Assembly (NCBI GenBank): GCA_030583845.1
Contig: CP129478.1
Coordinates: forward strand, 343,175 to 407,174
Length of the DNA: 64,000 nt
DNA from: Candidatus Dojkabacteria bacterium
GTDB taxonomy: Bacteria; Patescibacteriota; Dojkabacteria; SC72; JAHDCA01
Direction: 5' to 3'
Of this stretch, positions 54,981 to 64,000 are shown piece after piece. The notes under the pieces are model-generated. The model saw only the letters and a list, made by a program, of their open reading frames with translations. It was not told the origin of the DNA and did not search any database. The position numbers and the translations under genes were made by a program. Each line of letters begins with the position of its first letter. Position 1 is the stretch's first letter.

Positions 54981-55355
54981 TTAAACAGCGCGTGGTCTTA
55001 TAGCCTTCTCAACTGCCTTAGCTGCTAGCGTGCCGCATTTTATGCGTCCACTACTCTCATCCATGTTGATCAGCTTGAGCGAAAGCTTCTCTAGATCGTG
55101 TAGCTCTTCTACTTTCAATCCTTTAATTTGGTCTGACAGCATAGATGCTGCAGCGATGCTTATTGCACACCCACGAGCCTCGAATTTTACATCATTCACC
55201 ACCCCATTTTCCACCTTTAATGTGACTTTCACCTCATCTCCACATGATGAGTTGGTTTCCTCAGCCTTATGAGTGCAATCATCCAATACCCCATGGTTAT
55301 GTGGGTACTTGTAATGGTCGATTATCTGCTGCTTGTACAATGTTTCTTTCTTCAT
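54981..55355 (-). CDS. sufU: Fe-S cluster assembly scaffold SufU/IscU-like
   Basis: NifU-N-like motifs NSSCGDEV and GCAIS; HYKYPHNHGVL N-terminus; sits next to sufS. Confidence 0.7.
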   Translation of the reverse strand: MKKETLYKQQIIDHYKYPHNHGVLDDCTHKAEETNSSCGDEVKVTLKVENGVVNDVKFEARGCAISIAAASMLSDQIKGLKVEELHDLEKLSLKLINMDESSGRIKCGTLAAKAVEKAIRPRAV

Positions 55356-55385
55356 CAGCTTCTACTGTGAGATTTCATTAAATTT

Positions 55386-56603
55386 TCATGAAAACTGTCC
55401 AACTACCTCTTTTAGGCTATCAATAAAATAGCGGATCTCATCCAAGCTGTTGTATGGGGCTACACTTATTCGAGCTGTTGGTCCAAATCCGTACCGCTCA
55501 TGCAGCGGCTCGGCGCAATGGTAGCCGGCACGGATAGCGATACCTCGCTCATCCAACGCCCCTGCAATATCATGTGGATGTATGCCATCGATACTAAAGG
55601 CAACTACACCGTAATGCTGCTCGGGATCTTCACTGCCAAAAATCTTGAGGCTCTTTATCCCTTTCATCCCAAGCATTGCTGTTTTGACTAGCTTGCTCTC
55701 ATGATTGTGCAACGAATCATACTCGAACTGGTCGGAGAACCAACTTATTGCAGCATCTAGGCCTACCCCGCCAGCGATATTCGGCGTACCCGCCTCGAAT
55801 TTCCAAGGCAGATCATTCCATGTGGCACCAGTCTTCTTCACGCTGCTAATCATCTCGCCGCCTCCCATCCACGGCTCAAGCTTCTCACCCCACTCTTTCT
55901 TCATATAGAGCACGCCTGTGCCGGTTGGCCCGTACAGTTTGTGGCCAGAAAACACCAGGAAGTCGCACCCTATCTGCTGCACATCTACTTTGACATGCTG
56001 AACACTCTGCGCCGCATCCACAAGCACTGCTGTACAATATTTCTTGGCCATCTCGGTGACTTTCGCTACATCATTCTTGCAGCCCAGCACATTTGAGATA
56101 TGCACTATGGAGATAAGCTTTAGCTGCTCTTTATATTTCTTGGTCAAGAAGTTGAGATATTCAAGATCGATGGTAAAATCCGGAAGCATCGGGATCCACT
56201 CAATGCGTGCGCCAATTAGCTGCCAAGGGACAATATTGCTATGGTGCTCCATTTCGGAGATTGCTATCACCCCTCCCTCTTCGACGATCTGCTTCCCTAC
56301 GGTATTGGCTATCAGGTTGATTCCTTCAGTCGCATTGCGTGTGAAGATTATCTCTTCCTCTGATTGCGCATTTATGAACGTAGCGGCTCTCTTATGTGCG
56401 TCTAGCCACAGATTGGTGGCCTCGGCTGCAAGAGTATGAATGCCACGATGAATGTTGGCGTTATGCTCTTTGTAGAAATCATTCATGGCTTCGAGCACCT
56501 TCTTCGGCTTCTGGGTGGTAGCTGCATTGTCGAGATAGACAAGCTGATGCCCATTTATATCCCGAGATAGTATTGGAAACTGTTTTCTTAGACTCTCATT
56601 CAT
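55386..56603 (-). CDS. sufS: Cysteine desulfurase (SufS/CsdA, class V aminotransferase)
   Basis: PLP-lysine motif FSGHKLYGPTGTGVLY, group II C-terminal active-site loop. Confidence 0.85.
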   Translation of the reverse strand: MNESLRKQFPILSRDINGHQLVYLDNAATTQKPKKVLEAMNDFYKEHNANIHRGIHTLAAEATNLWLDAHKRAATFINAQSEEEIIFTRNATEGINLIANTVGKQIVEEGGVIAISEMEHHSNIVPWQLIGARIEWIPMLPDFTIDLEYLNFLTKKYKEQLKLISIVHISNVLGCKNDVAKVTEMAKKYCTAVLVDAAQSVQHVKVDVQQIGCDFLVFSGHKLYGPTGTGVLYMKKEWGEKLEPWMGGGEMISSVKKTGATWNDLPWKFEAGTPNIAGGVGLDAAISWFSDQFEYDSLHNHESKLVKTAMLGMKGIKSLKIFGSEDPEQHYGVVAFSIDGIHPHDIAGALDERGIAIRAGYHCAEPLHERYGFGPTARISVAPYNSLDEIRYFIDSLKEVVGQFS

Positions 56604-56609
56604 CCCCGA

Positions 56610-57899
56610 TTATACCCCACGCACCGGAAACCCGCTTGCGAAGCTCTTAACCTCTTCGGCTACCTTGCTTATCGCTGTCTCATCCGCTAGATTGCCCATC
56701 ACTTGATGCATCCAGCCGGCAATCTTGACCATATCGGCCTCTTTCATCCCACGACTTGTGAGTGTTGGAGTACCTATGCGAATCCCGGACGGCTTCCAAG
56801 GTGTAGATTTCTCGCCTGGTACAGTATTCTTATTTACAATAATATTTGCTTGCTCAAGTGCGATCGCTACCTCGTGGCCGCCCAGACCGTTCGCGCTCAG
56901 GTCTAGCAGAACCAGATGCTTATCAGTCCCACCTGAGAGCACTTTGTATCCCTGCTTTACTAATTCTTCCGCCAACGCCTGCGCATTTGCGATAACTTGC
57001 TTTGAATAATCAATGAAATCAGGTTGCATCGCTTCTTGTAGTGCAACTGCAATACCTGCAATGCTATGGTTCATCGGACCACCCTGCAATCCAGGCATTA
57101 CTGCCCTCTCGATTTCGGCCATGCGCTCAGGATTGGAGAAGATCATGGCCCCAACTGGCCCTCTCAATGTTTTTCTAGTCGTCATCGTTACAACATCTGC
57201 ATATTCAAATGGTGAGCTTAGCACACCTGCAGCAATCAACCCCGCCTCATGGGCGACATCGGCCATATAGATAGCTCCAACCTCTTTGGCAATCTCACTA
57301 AGGGCCTTGTAATCAATATCTCGTGGATATGCAGTACCACCCGAGATAACTATCTGTGGCATCACTTCCTTGGCTTTAGCACGGATTTTTTCATAGTCGA
57401 AATAGCCTGACTCCTCATCCACATGGTAGAAATATGAGTCGTACACCTTGGATGTAAAGCTGATAGGCTTGCCTGTATCTGGCAATTTCCAGCCGTGCGA
57501 GAGGTGACCACCATCATATAGCATCATCGCCAACATCTTAGCTCCTGGCTGCAACAGTGCGTTGTAAACAGCAAGATTTGCAACACTTCCGGTTACTGCC
57601 TGCACGCATACATTCCACTTCTCTGGGTCTAACTTGTATAGCTGCAGTGCTCGCTCTTTTGCGAGCGCCTCGATTGAGTCGATATGCTTATTTCCCTGAT
57701 AATATCGCTTGCCTACCTGCCCCTCGGAGTATTTATTCATGACAATTGAGCCAACAGCCTCTTGAACTGCCTGGCTGACGAGGTTTTCGGATGGGATCAT
57801 CTCGAGCTGCTCTTTAAGACGCTGCTGCTCGTCGGTGATGTATTGGGCGATTTGTGGGTCGGTTTGTTGGAGTTGCTTCATGTTTTGCGATGATATCAT
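56610..57899 (-). CDS. glyA: Serine hydroxymethyltransferase
   Basis: SHMT motifs GGHLSHG and TTRKTLRGP (PLP lysine region). Confidence 0.9.
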   Translation of the reverse strand: MISSQNMKQLQQTDPQIAQYITDEQQRLKEQLEMIPSENLVSQAVQEAVGSIVMNKYSEGQVGKRYYQGNKHIDSIEALAKERALQLYKLDPEKWNVCVQAVTGSVANLAVYNALLQPGAKMLAMMLYDGGHLSHGWKLPDTGKPISFTSKVYDSYFYHVDEESGYFDYEKIRAKAKEVMPQIVISGGTAYPRDIDYKALSEIAKEVGAIYMADVAHEAGLIAAGVLSSPFEYADVVTMTTRKTLRGPVGAMIFSNPERMAEIERAVMPGLQGGPMNHSIAGIAVALQEAMQPDFIDYSKQVIANAQALAEELVKQGYKVLSGGTDKHLVLLDLSANGLGGHEVAIALEQANIIVNKNTVPGEKSTPWKPSGIRIGTPTLTSRGMKEADMVKIAGWMHQVMGNLADETAISKVAEEVKSFASGFPVRGV

Positions 57900-57955
57900 G
57901 GATTTTGTTGTATATAAAGGGTATAATCCGCGGCAATGTAAGATTTACCAAGCAT

Positions 57956-58456
57956 TGCATGAAACCGTATAGAACGGAGAGCGCACCACTACCCGAAACC
58001 TTCTCAGACTATTTGTTGGGATGCCTAACCACAGAGGAAGCAGCTACGTTTGATGAAACGCCTGCGGCACAATATCTTTTACAGAAGTTAACAGCTGTAT
58101 TTTTAAACCCGGCAGAAGAGGCTCCAGTAGTCCAAGCATTAATCGACGTTTCGGCAAGAGTTACTCGTCGAAATGACCATTGCAACAAACGTAGAGTAGC
58201 AGTAACACCAGGACAGTCGTTACTGCAGATGATTGATCTGGACGATTTGGCGGACTCGCCCTATTCTTATACATTATGGATACTGTTACACTATGCTAAC
58301 GTCTCCGAGGTAGCAACTACTCGCAAAATCTTCACTATTCTGGGGCAAAAGGCTCAATTCTATCAGATGCTCCAATGCGGCGGGCGACAAGATATCGCTC
58401 GATATGAAGAGGAAGATTACGAATTCAAATCACCTGATGACTCCAAGAACCATTAA
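57956..58456 (+). CDS. Hypothetical protein (166 aa from the ATG at 57956; the ORF track starts at 57854 inside glyA)
   Basis: ORF only. Confidence 0.35.
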   Translation, partial: CMKPYRTESAPLPETFSDYLLGCLTTEEAATFDETPAAQYLLQKLTAVFLNPAEEAPVVQALIDVSARVTRRNDHCNKRRVAVTPGQSLLQMIDLDDLADSPYSYTLWILLHYANVSEVATTRKIFTILGQKAQFYQMLQCGGRQDIARYEEEDYEFKSPDDSKNH

Positions 58457-58521
58457 CACTGCATAGACAGGGATATACACAGGTGGTAGATTTAAATGAT
58501 AACCTATAACCAACAAGATCT

Positions 58522-59220
58522 ATGAATCCGAATCAAACAGCAGGAACCACCGAACCTACAAACAGCACTACTCAGCAGCCAACAGTTGTAGCTGAACAAC
58601 AGCCACAACTTACATTGGACCAGCAGATAGACCTCGCCCTCACTGGATTTGAGAGTTACCCTGAGTCTAAGAGAGCTATGACTATCTTGTATGAATCAGT
58701 CATGCATGATGGATCTGACATTGCGAAAAGGGCATTGCTGTTATCCATCGATATGATCTCCCAGCAGGCACCACTGAATGAGTTCCAATTGCCGGGTGCG
58801 TTTGCAAAGGCACGTAGAGCGGAGCTGCCTCTGATCTGGACTGAGTATTTACCACGAATAACTGCTGCTCTTCAAGATTACCAACCGAATGTATACTCTG
58901 GGATCAATATCTCTGAGGCTCTATTCGTAGTTGCAGGTATGCTTATAAAGAGAAGAGAGAGTCGCAACAGAGGTGAAGAGTTCTTTAGAGAGGCAGCGGT
59001 AGCAGCTATTGCATCTACTATTCCACTTGATTTTAAAGAGAAAGGAGTTACAAGTTTCATCGGCGAGAAGGGAGTATATCTTGAAGCAAAAACCGTTCAC
59101 GACCTTATTAAGGCAGATCAAAAGGGTGGGTATCAAGATATGCCAACAGACGATCCACGTGTAAGAGACGTGATTCTCGAAGCCACAAGGTTGTATGACA
59201 CAATCGCAGGCACGTTATAA
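58522..59220 (+). CDS. Hypothetical protein (232 aa) with a disordered T/Q/P-rich N-terminus
   Basis: ORF only. Confidence 0.4.
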   Translation: MNPNQTAGTTEPTNSTTQQPTVVAEQQPQLTLDQQIDLALTGFESYPESKRAMTILYESVMHDGSDIAKRALLLSIDMISQQAPLNEFQLPGAFAKARRAELPLIWTEYLPRITAALQDYQPNVYSGINISEALFVVAGMLIKRRESRNRGEEFFREAAVAAIASTIPLDFKEKGVTSFIGEKGVYLEAKTVHDLIKADQKGGYQDMPTDDPRVRDVILEATRLYDTIAGTL

Positions 59221-59295
59221 ATCTTGCATGATATCTTATTCCAGAATTTACTGAGAGATATACTACCTCGCTAGAGGCTTACACTCCTCAAAATT

Positions 59296-60165
59296 CTAGT
59301 TTGATAATTGCATATTCGTCGCTGCCTGACTATTCTTCCATCCAGAATAAACATTCATCATCAACGCCGCTATCGTCATCGGTCCAACACCACCCGGCAC
59401 AGGAGTAATATACGATACAAGATCCTCTACAGCTTTAAAATCCACATCGCCGGCCAATTTCCCATCCGCCCCCATTGAGATTCCCACATCCACTACTACA
59501 GCCTCTTCTTTAATGAATTTTTCATTAACCAAACCAGCCTGTCCTGTAGCAGAGATTAAAATATCTGCTGTTCGACATATCTCTTCCAGCCCAACTGTCT
59601 TAATATGGCACACTGTCACGGTTGCATCGCGAGCCATCATCATTAAAGAGAGCGGGATCCCTACTACCTGAGATTTTCCGATTATCACTACACTCTTCCC
59701 TTCAACTTCAATACCATATTCATCAAGCAGCAGCATAATTCCAGCAGGAGTTGCTGGGGCGAACACTTCACTACTGCCGACAGCCAGCCCACCAAGACTT
59801 GCTGCAGTTAAGCCATCCACATCTTTTTTCACATTAATTTCATTAATTAGCTCCGCACTATCCCAGCCACCTGGCAATGGAAGCTGGATCATGCATCCAT
59901 CGACGCTGTCACTGCTGTTAACCGTCTCAAGATCGACCAGTACCTCGCCCTTGCTGGCGTCGGTGGCGTACTCGTGAAGTGTCATTGTGTAGCCCAAGCG
60001 CTCGGCGACCTTCTTCTTCATCTCGACATATTTGCGGCTGCCGAAATCATCACCAATCAAGAATATATCCAAGCGGGGCATGCGCATATTCTCGTGACGA
60101 GACAGTTTCAGCTCGATATCGGCCAATATCTTCTCTGAAGTTTTCTTGCCATCCAGAAGCACCAA
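59296..60165 (-). CDS. folD: Bifunctional methylenetetrahydrofolate dehydrogenase/cyclohydrolase FolD
   Basis: Rossmann GxSxxVG (IIGKSQVVGIPLSLMM) and the conserved PGGVGPMT motif. Confidence 0.9.
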   Translation of the reverse strand: MVLLDGKKTSEKILADIELKLSRHENMRMPRLDIFLIGDDFGSRKYVEMKKKVAERLGYTMTLHEYATDASKGEVLVDLETVNSSDSVDGCMIQLPLPGGWDSAELINEINVKKDVDGLTAASLGGLAVGSSEVFAPATPAGIMLLLDEYGIEVEGKSVVIIGKSQVVGIPLSLMMMARDATVTVCHIKTVGLEEICRTADILISATGQAGLVNEKFIKEEAVVVDVGISMGADGKLAGDVDFKAVEDLVSYITPVPGGVGPMTIAALMMNVYSGWKNSQAATNMQLSN

Positions 60166-60183
60166 TTTACAACCCTGCTTAAA

Positions 60184-60768
60184 TTATTTTTTGCGCCACA
60201 CCGATACCTTATCATTCCTCTTCGTGCCTACCTCATATACCTCTACGGAGTTTTCCGCTTCAAATTTCTTGCCAAATCCAAATGCCACCGATACGACTAT
60301 TGCACCCGAAGGCAATTCATTCACCAGACGTTCCATCATGTCCGCTACAAAGCCTGTGGTCATGTAGAGATACACTTTATTGTATTGTGAAAAGTCGGCC
60401 TCACGTACATCTTTTTTCATGAATTTAATGTTGCGCAGACGGTTAATTTTGGAGGAGCAGTTGCTCCAGAATATCAACGCCCTATTAATATCCATGCCGG
60501 TAAATTGTGCCTCGGGAAACTGCTTGGCTGCAGTTATCAAGAAACGACCACTCCCCGACCCTATATCTATAACTCTATCGCCAGGCTTTATCTCCAACAG
60601 TTGGACAGCTTTCTTGAGCAGTTTCTTCTCAACGGGTACAAATGGTACTGGATCTCTAAAAGAAAAGGCTACTATCAAGGTTCTACCGATCATAAATAGC
60701 GCCAATCCGTAAAAAGGGATCATGATAAGCAGTGCAATAAGCTCTTTCGACATGGGTGTGAGAGTCAA
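60184..60768 (-). CDS. Class I SAM-dependent methyltransferase with N-terminal TM helix
   Basis: Motif I VIDIGSGSGRF; N-terminal LIALLIMIPFYGLALFMIG. Confidence 0.65.
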   Translation of the reverse strand: MTLTPMSKELIALLIMIPFYGLALFMIGRTLIVAFSFRDPVPFVPVEKKLLKKAVQLLEIKPGDRVIDIGSGSGRFLITAAKQFPEAQFTGMDINRALIFWSNCSSKINRLRNIKFMKKDVREADFSQYNKVYLYMTTGFVADMMERLVNELPSGAIVVSVAFGFGKKFEAENSVEVYEVGTKRNDKVSVWRKK

Positions 60769-60818
60769 CTAATATATGATATGGCTATTATACGGTTTGA
60801 CAGCCCTTTTGTGGAGAT

Positions 60819-60881
60819 CACCCGACCACCCGACCCACTTGCCCGACCCACTTGCGAAGCAAGTGGTCGGGTGGTCGGGTG
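60819..60881. repeat. Family-2 complex palindrome (63 nt), near-identical to the 36497 copy
   Basis: cacccgaccacccgacccacttgcccgacccacttgcgaagcaagtggtcgggtggtcgggtg. Confidence 0.85.
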
Positions 60882-60884
60882 CCC

Positions 60885-62717
60885 TTAAGAAGCTTCTACC
60901 TCCTTGAAAAATGCCCCTTTCTTCTTCATCAACTCCTTGTACGAGCCAGACTCCACAATCTTGCCGTGCCGCAAATAGTAAATCCGGTCAAACTCCTCCA
61001 GATTATCGACATTTCGAGTGATGTAAAGCAGGATTCGATCATCGCTGTTTACCAATTTGAAAATATTGTCCAAAATATTCTTCCGCGACACACTATCAAC
61101 GTAGGTGAACGGCTCATCCATTAACATAATGTTGCGGTCACGGTAGACCATTCGGGCGATTGCGATTCGCTGCCAATAGCCTGCCGGGATCTCACGACCA
61201 CCGCTGAAATATTTTCCAAGCAGCTGATCATCTTTCAAGCCTTCCGATTTCATGAATTTGCTCACCCCTGCGACCTCCTTAGCAAATTCATACCTACTAC
61301 GATTTACCTTGACAGACTCACCAGTCAGCATGATATTTCGTTCTATCGTGAAGTTGTATCTGACAAAATCCTGGAATACCACAGCTACCTGATTCTTAAG
61401 CTCACCCCTTTCTAACTCGCGCACCGAATAATCACCCAAAAAATACTCACCAGTCTGGAGCGCATAAAGACCAGACAAGATTTTGACTAGTGAGCTTTTG
61501 CCTGAGCCATCACCACCGACGATTGCTACCTTCTCCCCTGGATTTACCACCATACTTATGTTTTCCAGAGACTTCTCTTTATCACCAGGATAGGTGAAGT
61601 CGACCTTATACAGCTTCAGGGTTGGCGTGTCGCGCTTGCTTAATTTCATATTCCCGGATTCTAGGTCGCTAAAACCCTCATATTCAAGCAGTGCAAAAAA
61701 CTCGTCTGTATAGGATATATCGTCGAGCAGTCTGAATAGATTCCTAATTACCGAGAAGCTACCATTATATGCGCTCTCCGCATAGTCATAAAGTGCTTTA
61801 AAATCACCGATTGTGAGTCTCTTCGTAATCGACACAAACAGTGTATAGATGATAAACACGACAAAAAGAAGTCGACCAATCATCGCGAAAAACGAATTAT
61901 CGATATAGAAGTGCTTCTGAAGCTCGGTCAGCTCCTTGTTGAATGAGAAATTCCCATCCCAATACTTCTGCTTAATATATTTGTACACGTTGTTAACACG
62001 TAATTCGGGGAAATTTGGTATCTCAAGCGCTATATACCTGAGATAGTTAACGAACTTAATCCCACCGATTTGCCTCTTTCGAAATTTCCTAATCTTATTC
62101 TCTCCGAAATACATCACTACTGGCTCAGCGATACTAATCAACACCAAGGTCACGCTCGGCCACCCTATCACCTCATACAGAATCACCATCGAGCTTACCG
62201 TTCTAATAAGCTGCTGCACGACAGTAGTAAACGTGTCATATGATGTGATGAGTCGTTCAATAGAGTAATTGGGCACAAATGCAAGCAGCTCCTGGAAATC
62301 AACCCTCTCAACCTCCTGCATATTCTCTGTCGACACCTTATCTAGCACCTCTTTCTCCCCTTCTAGCAATACTTCCCTGCTAATCCTGTCGAGGAGCCAC
62401 ACCCTGAGGTTGTTAAGCCCCTTCACTACAATCCAAATAGCGAGCCCGATCATCAGGAAATAAAACGAATCTGTAAAAAAATATTGTGTGATATCGAAAC
62501 TCTCCCAGCTATGCAGAACATCCGCCGTAGCATCAATAAACTGGCCACCAACGCGGATAAGGTAAAGCTCAAGGATTGTGATTATCAAAAAAGCAGTATC
62601 TCTAGTCAATGCAGAAGCCGGAGCCTTCTTGTAGACATAGGAAACTGTTTTGAAAATTGTGTGAAATGTCCTACGGATCTTCCCAGTCTTGGACAGCTTC
62701 TTTTCCATTCCCATCAT
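60885..62717 (-). CDS. ABC transporter, fused permease/ATPase (exporter type)
   Basis: N-terminal six-helix TMD; Walker A GGDGSGKSSLVKIL; degenerate signature FSGGREIP; Walker B IMLMDEPFT. Confidence 0.8.
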   Translation of the reverse strand: MMGMEKKLSKTGKIRRTFHTIFKTVSYVYKKAPASALTRDTAFLIITILELYLIRVGGQFIDATADVLHSWESFDITQYFFTDSFYFLMIGLAIWIVVKGLNNLRVWLLDRISREVLLEGEKEVLDKVSTENMQEVERVDFQELLAFVPNYSIERLITSYDTFTTVVQQLIRTVSSMVILYEVIGWPSVTLVLISIAEPVVMYFGENKIRKFRKRQIGGIKFVNYLRYIALEIPNFPELRVNNVYKYIKQKYWDGNFSFNKELTELQKHFYIDNSFFAMIGRLLFVVFIIYTLFVSITKRLTIGDFKALYDYAESAYNGSFSVIRNLFRLLDDISYTDEFFALLEYEGFSDLESGNMKLSKRDTPTLKLYKVDFTYPGDKEKSLENISMVVNPGEKVAIVGGDGSGKSSLVKILSGLYALQTGEYFLGDYSVRELERGELKNQVAVVFQDFVRYNFTIERNIMLTGESVKVNRSRYEFAKEVAGVSKFMKSEGLKDDQLLGKYFSGGREIPAGYWQRIAIARMVYRDRNIMLMDEPFTYVDSVSRKNILDNIFKLVNSDDRILLYITRNVDNLEEFDRIYYLRHGKIVESGSYKELMKKKGAFFKEVEAS

Positions 62718-62763
62718 AATAGTATATGGGTATGAAAAGAGCTACCCACACCATCAGAGAAAG

Positions 62764-62795
62764 ATGTGGCCCACTTGCAAGCAAGTGGGCCACAT
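62764..62795. repeat. Family-2 short variant hairpin (15-bp stem, 2-nt loop)
   Basis: atgtggcccacttgc-aa-gcaagtgggccacat, between the ABC transporter start and the hsp20 stop. Confidence 0.8.
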
Positions 62796-62833
62796 ACATT
62801 TACAAACTACCGAGGGATATAATCCAGTAACGA

Positions 62834-63253
62834 CTACCCTACCTTTACTTCAATGCTTTTCGGCTTAACCTCTTCTCGCTTCGGGAGAGTTACTTGGAGA
62901 ATCCCATCTTTAAAGGTTGCCTCTGCCTTATCAGCGTTAACAGCAACAGGAAGATCAGATGCACGTGAGAAAGACAATGAGCGTATCTCCTTGCGGTAAA
63001 ACTTTTTATCTTTATTGTCCTCCTCATTTTCCTCCTGCACTGATCCAGAAACAGTTATCATATTAGACTCAATCTGTATCTTAAGATCATCCTTGCTGAA
63101 GCCTGGCGCTTTAACCTTGACGACGACATTATCTTTATCTTCATAAATGTCCATCTGGACATCATCATAAGATTGGAAATCTACATCCCAATCCCAGAAG
63201 TCTCGTGGTACACCTTTCCACGGGTTCCATACTGCAATTCTTGACATAGTCAA
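62834..63253 (-). CDS. Hsp20/alpha-crystallin family small heat-shock protein
   Basis: Alpha-crystallin domain with the C-terminal GILQVTLPK and IEVK motifs. Confidence 0.85.
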   Translation of the reverse strand: MTMSRIAVWNPWKGVPRDFWDWDVDFQSYDDVQMDIYEDKDNVVVKVKAPGFSKDDLKIQIESNMITVSGSVQEENEEDNKDKKFYRKEIRSLSFSRASDLPVAVNADKAEATFKDGILQVTLPKREEVKPKSIEVKVG

Positions 63254-63287
63254 TTTTGTTAAAAATTAAATATGTAAATTGTAATGG

Positions 63288-63393
63288 GACCCGACCACTT
63301 AGCATTAGTAGAGCTCAAAAATGCTCGAAATAAGCCATAAATCCAAATAATTGACTTATCACTTAATCTATCAGTACTAAGTGGTCGGGTCCA
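63288..63393. repeat. Family-2-related 16-bp perfect inverted repeat pair separated by 74 nt, upstream of hsp20
   Basis: ggacccgaccacttag (63288-63303) pairs with ctaagtggtcgggtcc (63378-63393). Confidence 0.8.
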
Positions 63394-63467
63394 TTGGCAC
63401 AGACTAGAGACTCCCAGCCGCACCAAGGTTATATAATATAACAATTAGCAGACACGGCCGTCAAGTG

Positions 63468-63671
63468 CTAGTCACTTTGCTTTAAGTAGTTCTTAAGATT
63501 TTGAAGTTGGAGGATACACTCCTCCAATTTCATCATCGCATATTTACGAGCGCTGTTTGTGGCACCATCTTCGTTAATTACTGCGAACATCTCCTGTATT
63601 GTCTCGACAACTTCCGACAGCACTATCCCCACTTTGTATACAATTGTCTCCCCAGGATCTTTCATGGGCAT
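63468..63671 (-). CDS. Hypothetical small helical protein (67 aa)
   Basis: ORF only; divergent from the downstream XRE gene. Confidence 0.35.
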   Translation of the reverse strand: MPMKDPGETIVYKVGIVLSEVVETIQEMFAVINEDGATNSARKYAMMKLEECILQLQNLKNYLKQSD

Positions 63672-63805
63672 GATTAGAATTAATTTAGTCTTACATTTTA
63701 ATGAATTTTAGATATAATCTCACTCACAATATAGAAACGGCTTCTATATAAGGACACTAGGAATCTATATACGGTAGAAGAAACCCCAACTAGAATTTCT
63801 AGTAT

Positions 63806-64000
63806 ATGAACTACAAGTTAATAGGTGAGCAGATCCGTAAATATCGCAAGAGGCTAGGATTAACTCAGCAACAATTGGGAAAGGAGATTGGGGTATCCTG
63901 GGAAATGATTTCAAGGTACGAGCGAGGTGCTAGTAGCCCTTTGGCTAAAATTAACAAGCTAGCCGAAGCACTCTCTGTCGGACCGGTTGACCTCCTTACC
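63806..64000 (+). CDS. XRE-family helix-turn-helix transcriptional regulator (3' end outside window)
   Basis: Own translation from ATG 63806: MNYKLIGEQIRKYRKRLGLTQQQLGKEIGVSWEMISRYERGASSPLAKINKLAEALSVGPVDLLT; canonical Cro/C1-type HTH. Confidence 0.7.
   Translation, partial: MNYKLIGEQIRKYRKRLGLTQQQLGKEIGVSWEMISRYERGASSPLAKINKLAEALSVGPVDLLT

Noticed and set aside
63304-63377. CIRCE/HrcA operator upstream of hsp20
   Set aside because: The sequence contains ttagca but does not match TTAGCACTC-N9-GAGTGCTAA. The inverted repeat present belongs to the family-2 repeat.

Overview
This 64-kb window reads as a chromosomal segment from a small-genome bacterium using the standard genetic code. The divergent 16S rRNA suggests a CPR/Patescibacteria-like lineage, but that is inference. 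It contains mostly core informational genes, a complete rRNA operon and nine tRNAs.

Recognisable genes on the + strand: uvrA, a Xer-family tyrosine recombinase, rpsT, lepA, recF. On the - strand: a partial B3/4-domain gene at the left edge, a rhomboid protease, a split comEC plus comEA, a secreted cyclophilin, leuS, a LysM-M23 peptidase, rho, radA, a clpC-type AAA+ chaperone, rpsA, nth, an S41 peptidase, an ATP-dependent DNA ligase (three fragments), polA (three fragments), ftsH, efp, an FtsB-like protein, a DnaQ-like exonuclease, sufU-sufS, glyA, folD, a SAM methyltransferase, an ABC exporter and hsp20. A partial XRE-family regulator runs off the right edge.

The rRNA operon on the - strand is 16S - tRNA-Ile(GAT) - tRNA-Ala(TGC) - 23S - 5S. 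The tRNAs are Arg(TCG), Arg(GCG), Arg(TCT), Ala(GGC), Ala(TGC), Ile(GAT), Met(CAT), fMet(CAT) and Ile(TAT).

The most unusual signals are as follows. First, two unrelated families of long, near-perfect palindromic repeats lie in intergenic regions. The 16-nt core of one family is also embedded as a 22-bp hairpin inside the V2 region of the 16S rRNA gene. Second, the 16S 530-loop and 907 regions are strongly divergent. Third, the tRNA set implies decoding without inosine-34 (Arg-GCG rather than ACG) and AUA decoding by tRNA-Ile(UAU). Fourth, tRNA-Ala(GGC) is bracketed by 25-bp and 16-bp stem structures. Fifth, a 1.2-kb AT-rich region between uvrA and tRNA-Arg(TCT) has no ORFs. Sixth, five frameshifts in comEC, the ligase and polA all fall on short homopolymer runs, so they are probably sequencing indels rather than real pseudogenes.

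No CRISPR array, obvious prophage or recognisable defence operon was found. Several hypothetical-protein clusters could not be assigned from sequence alone.
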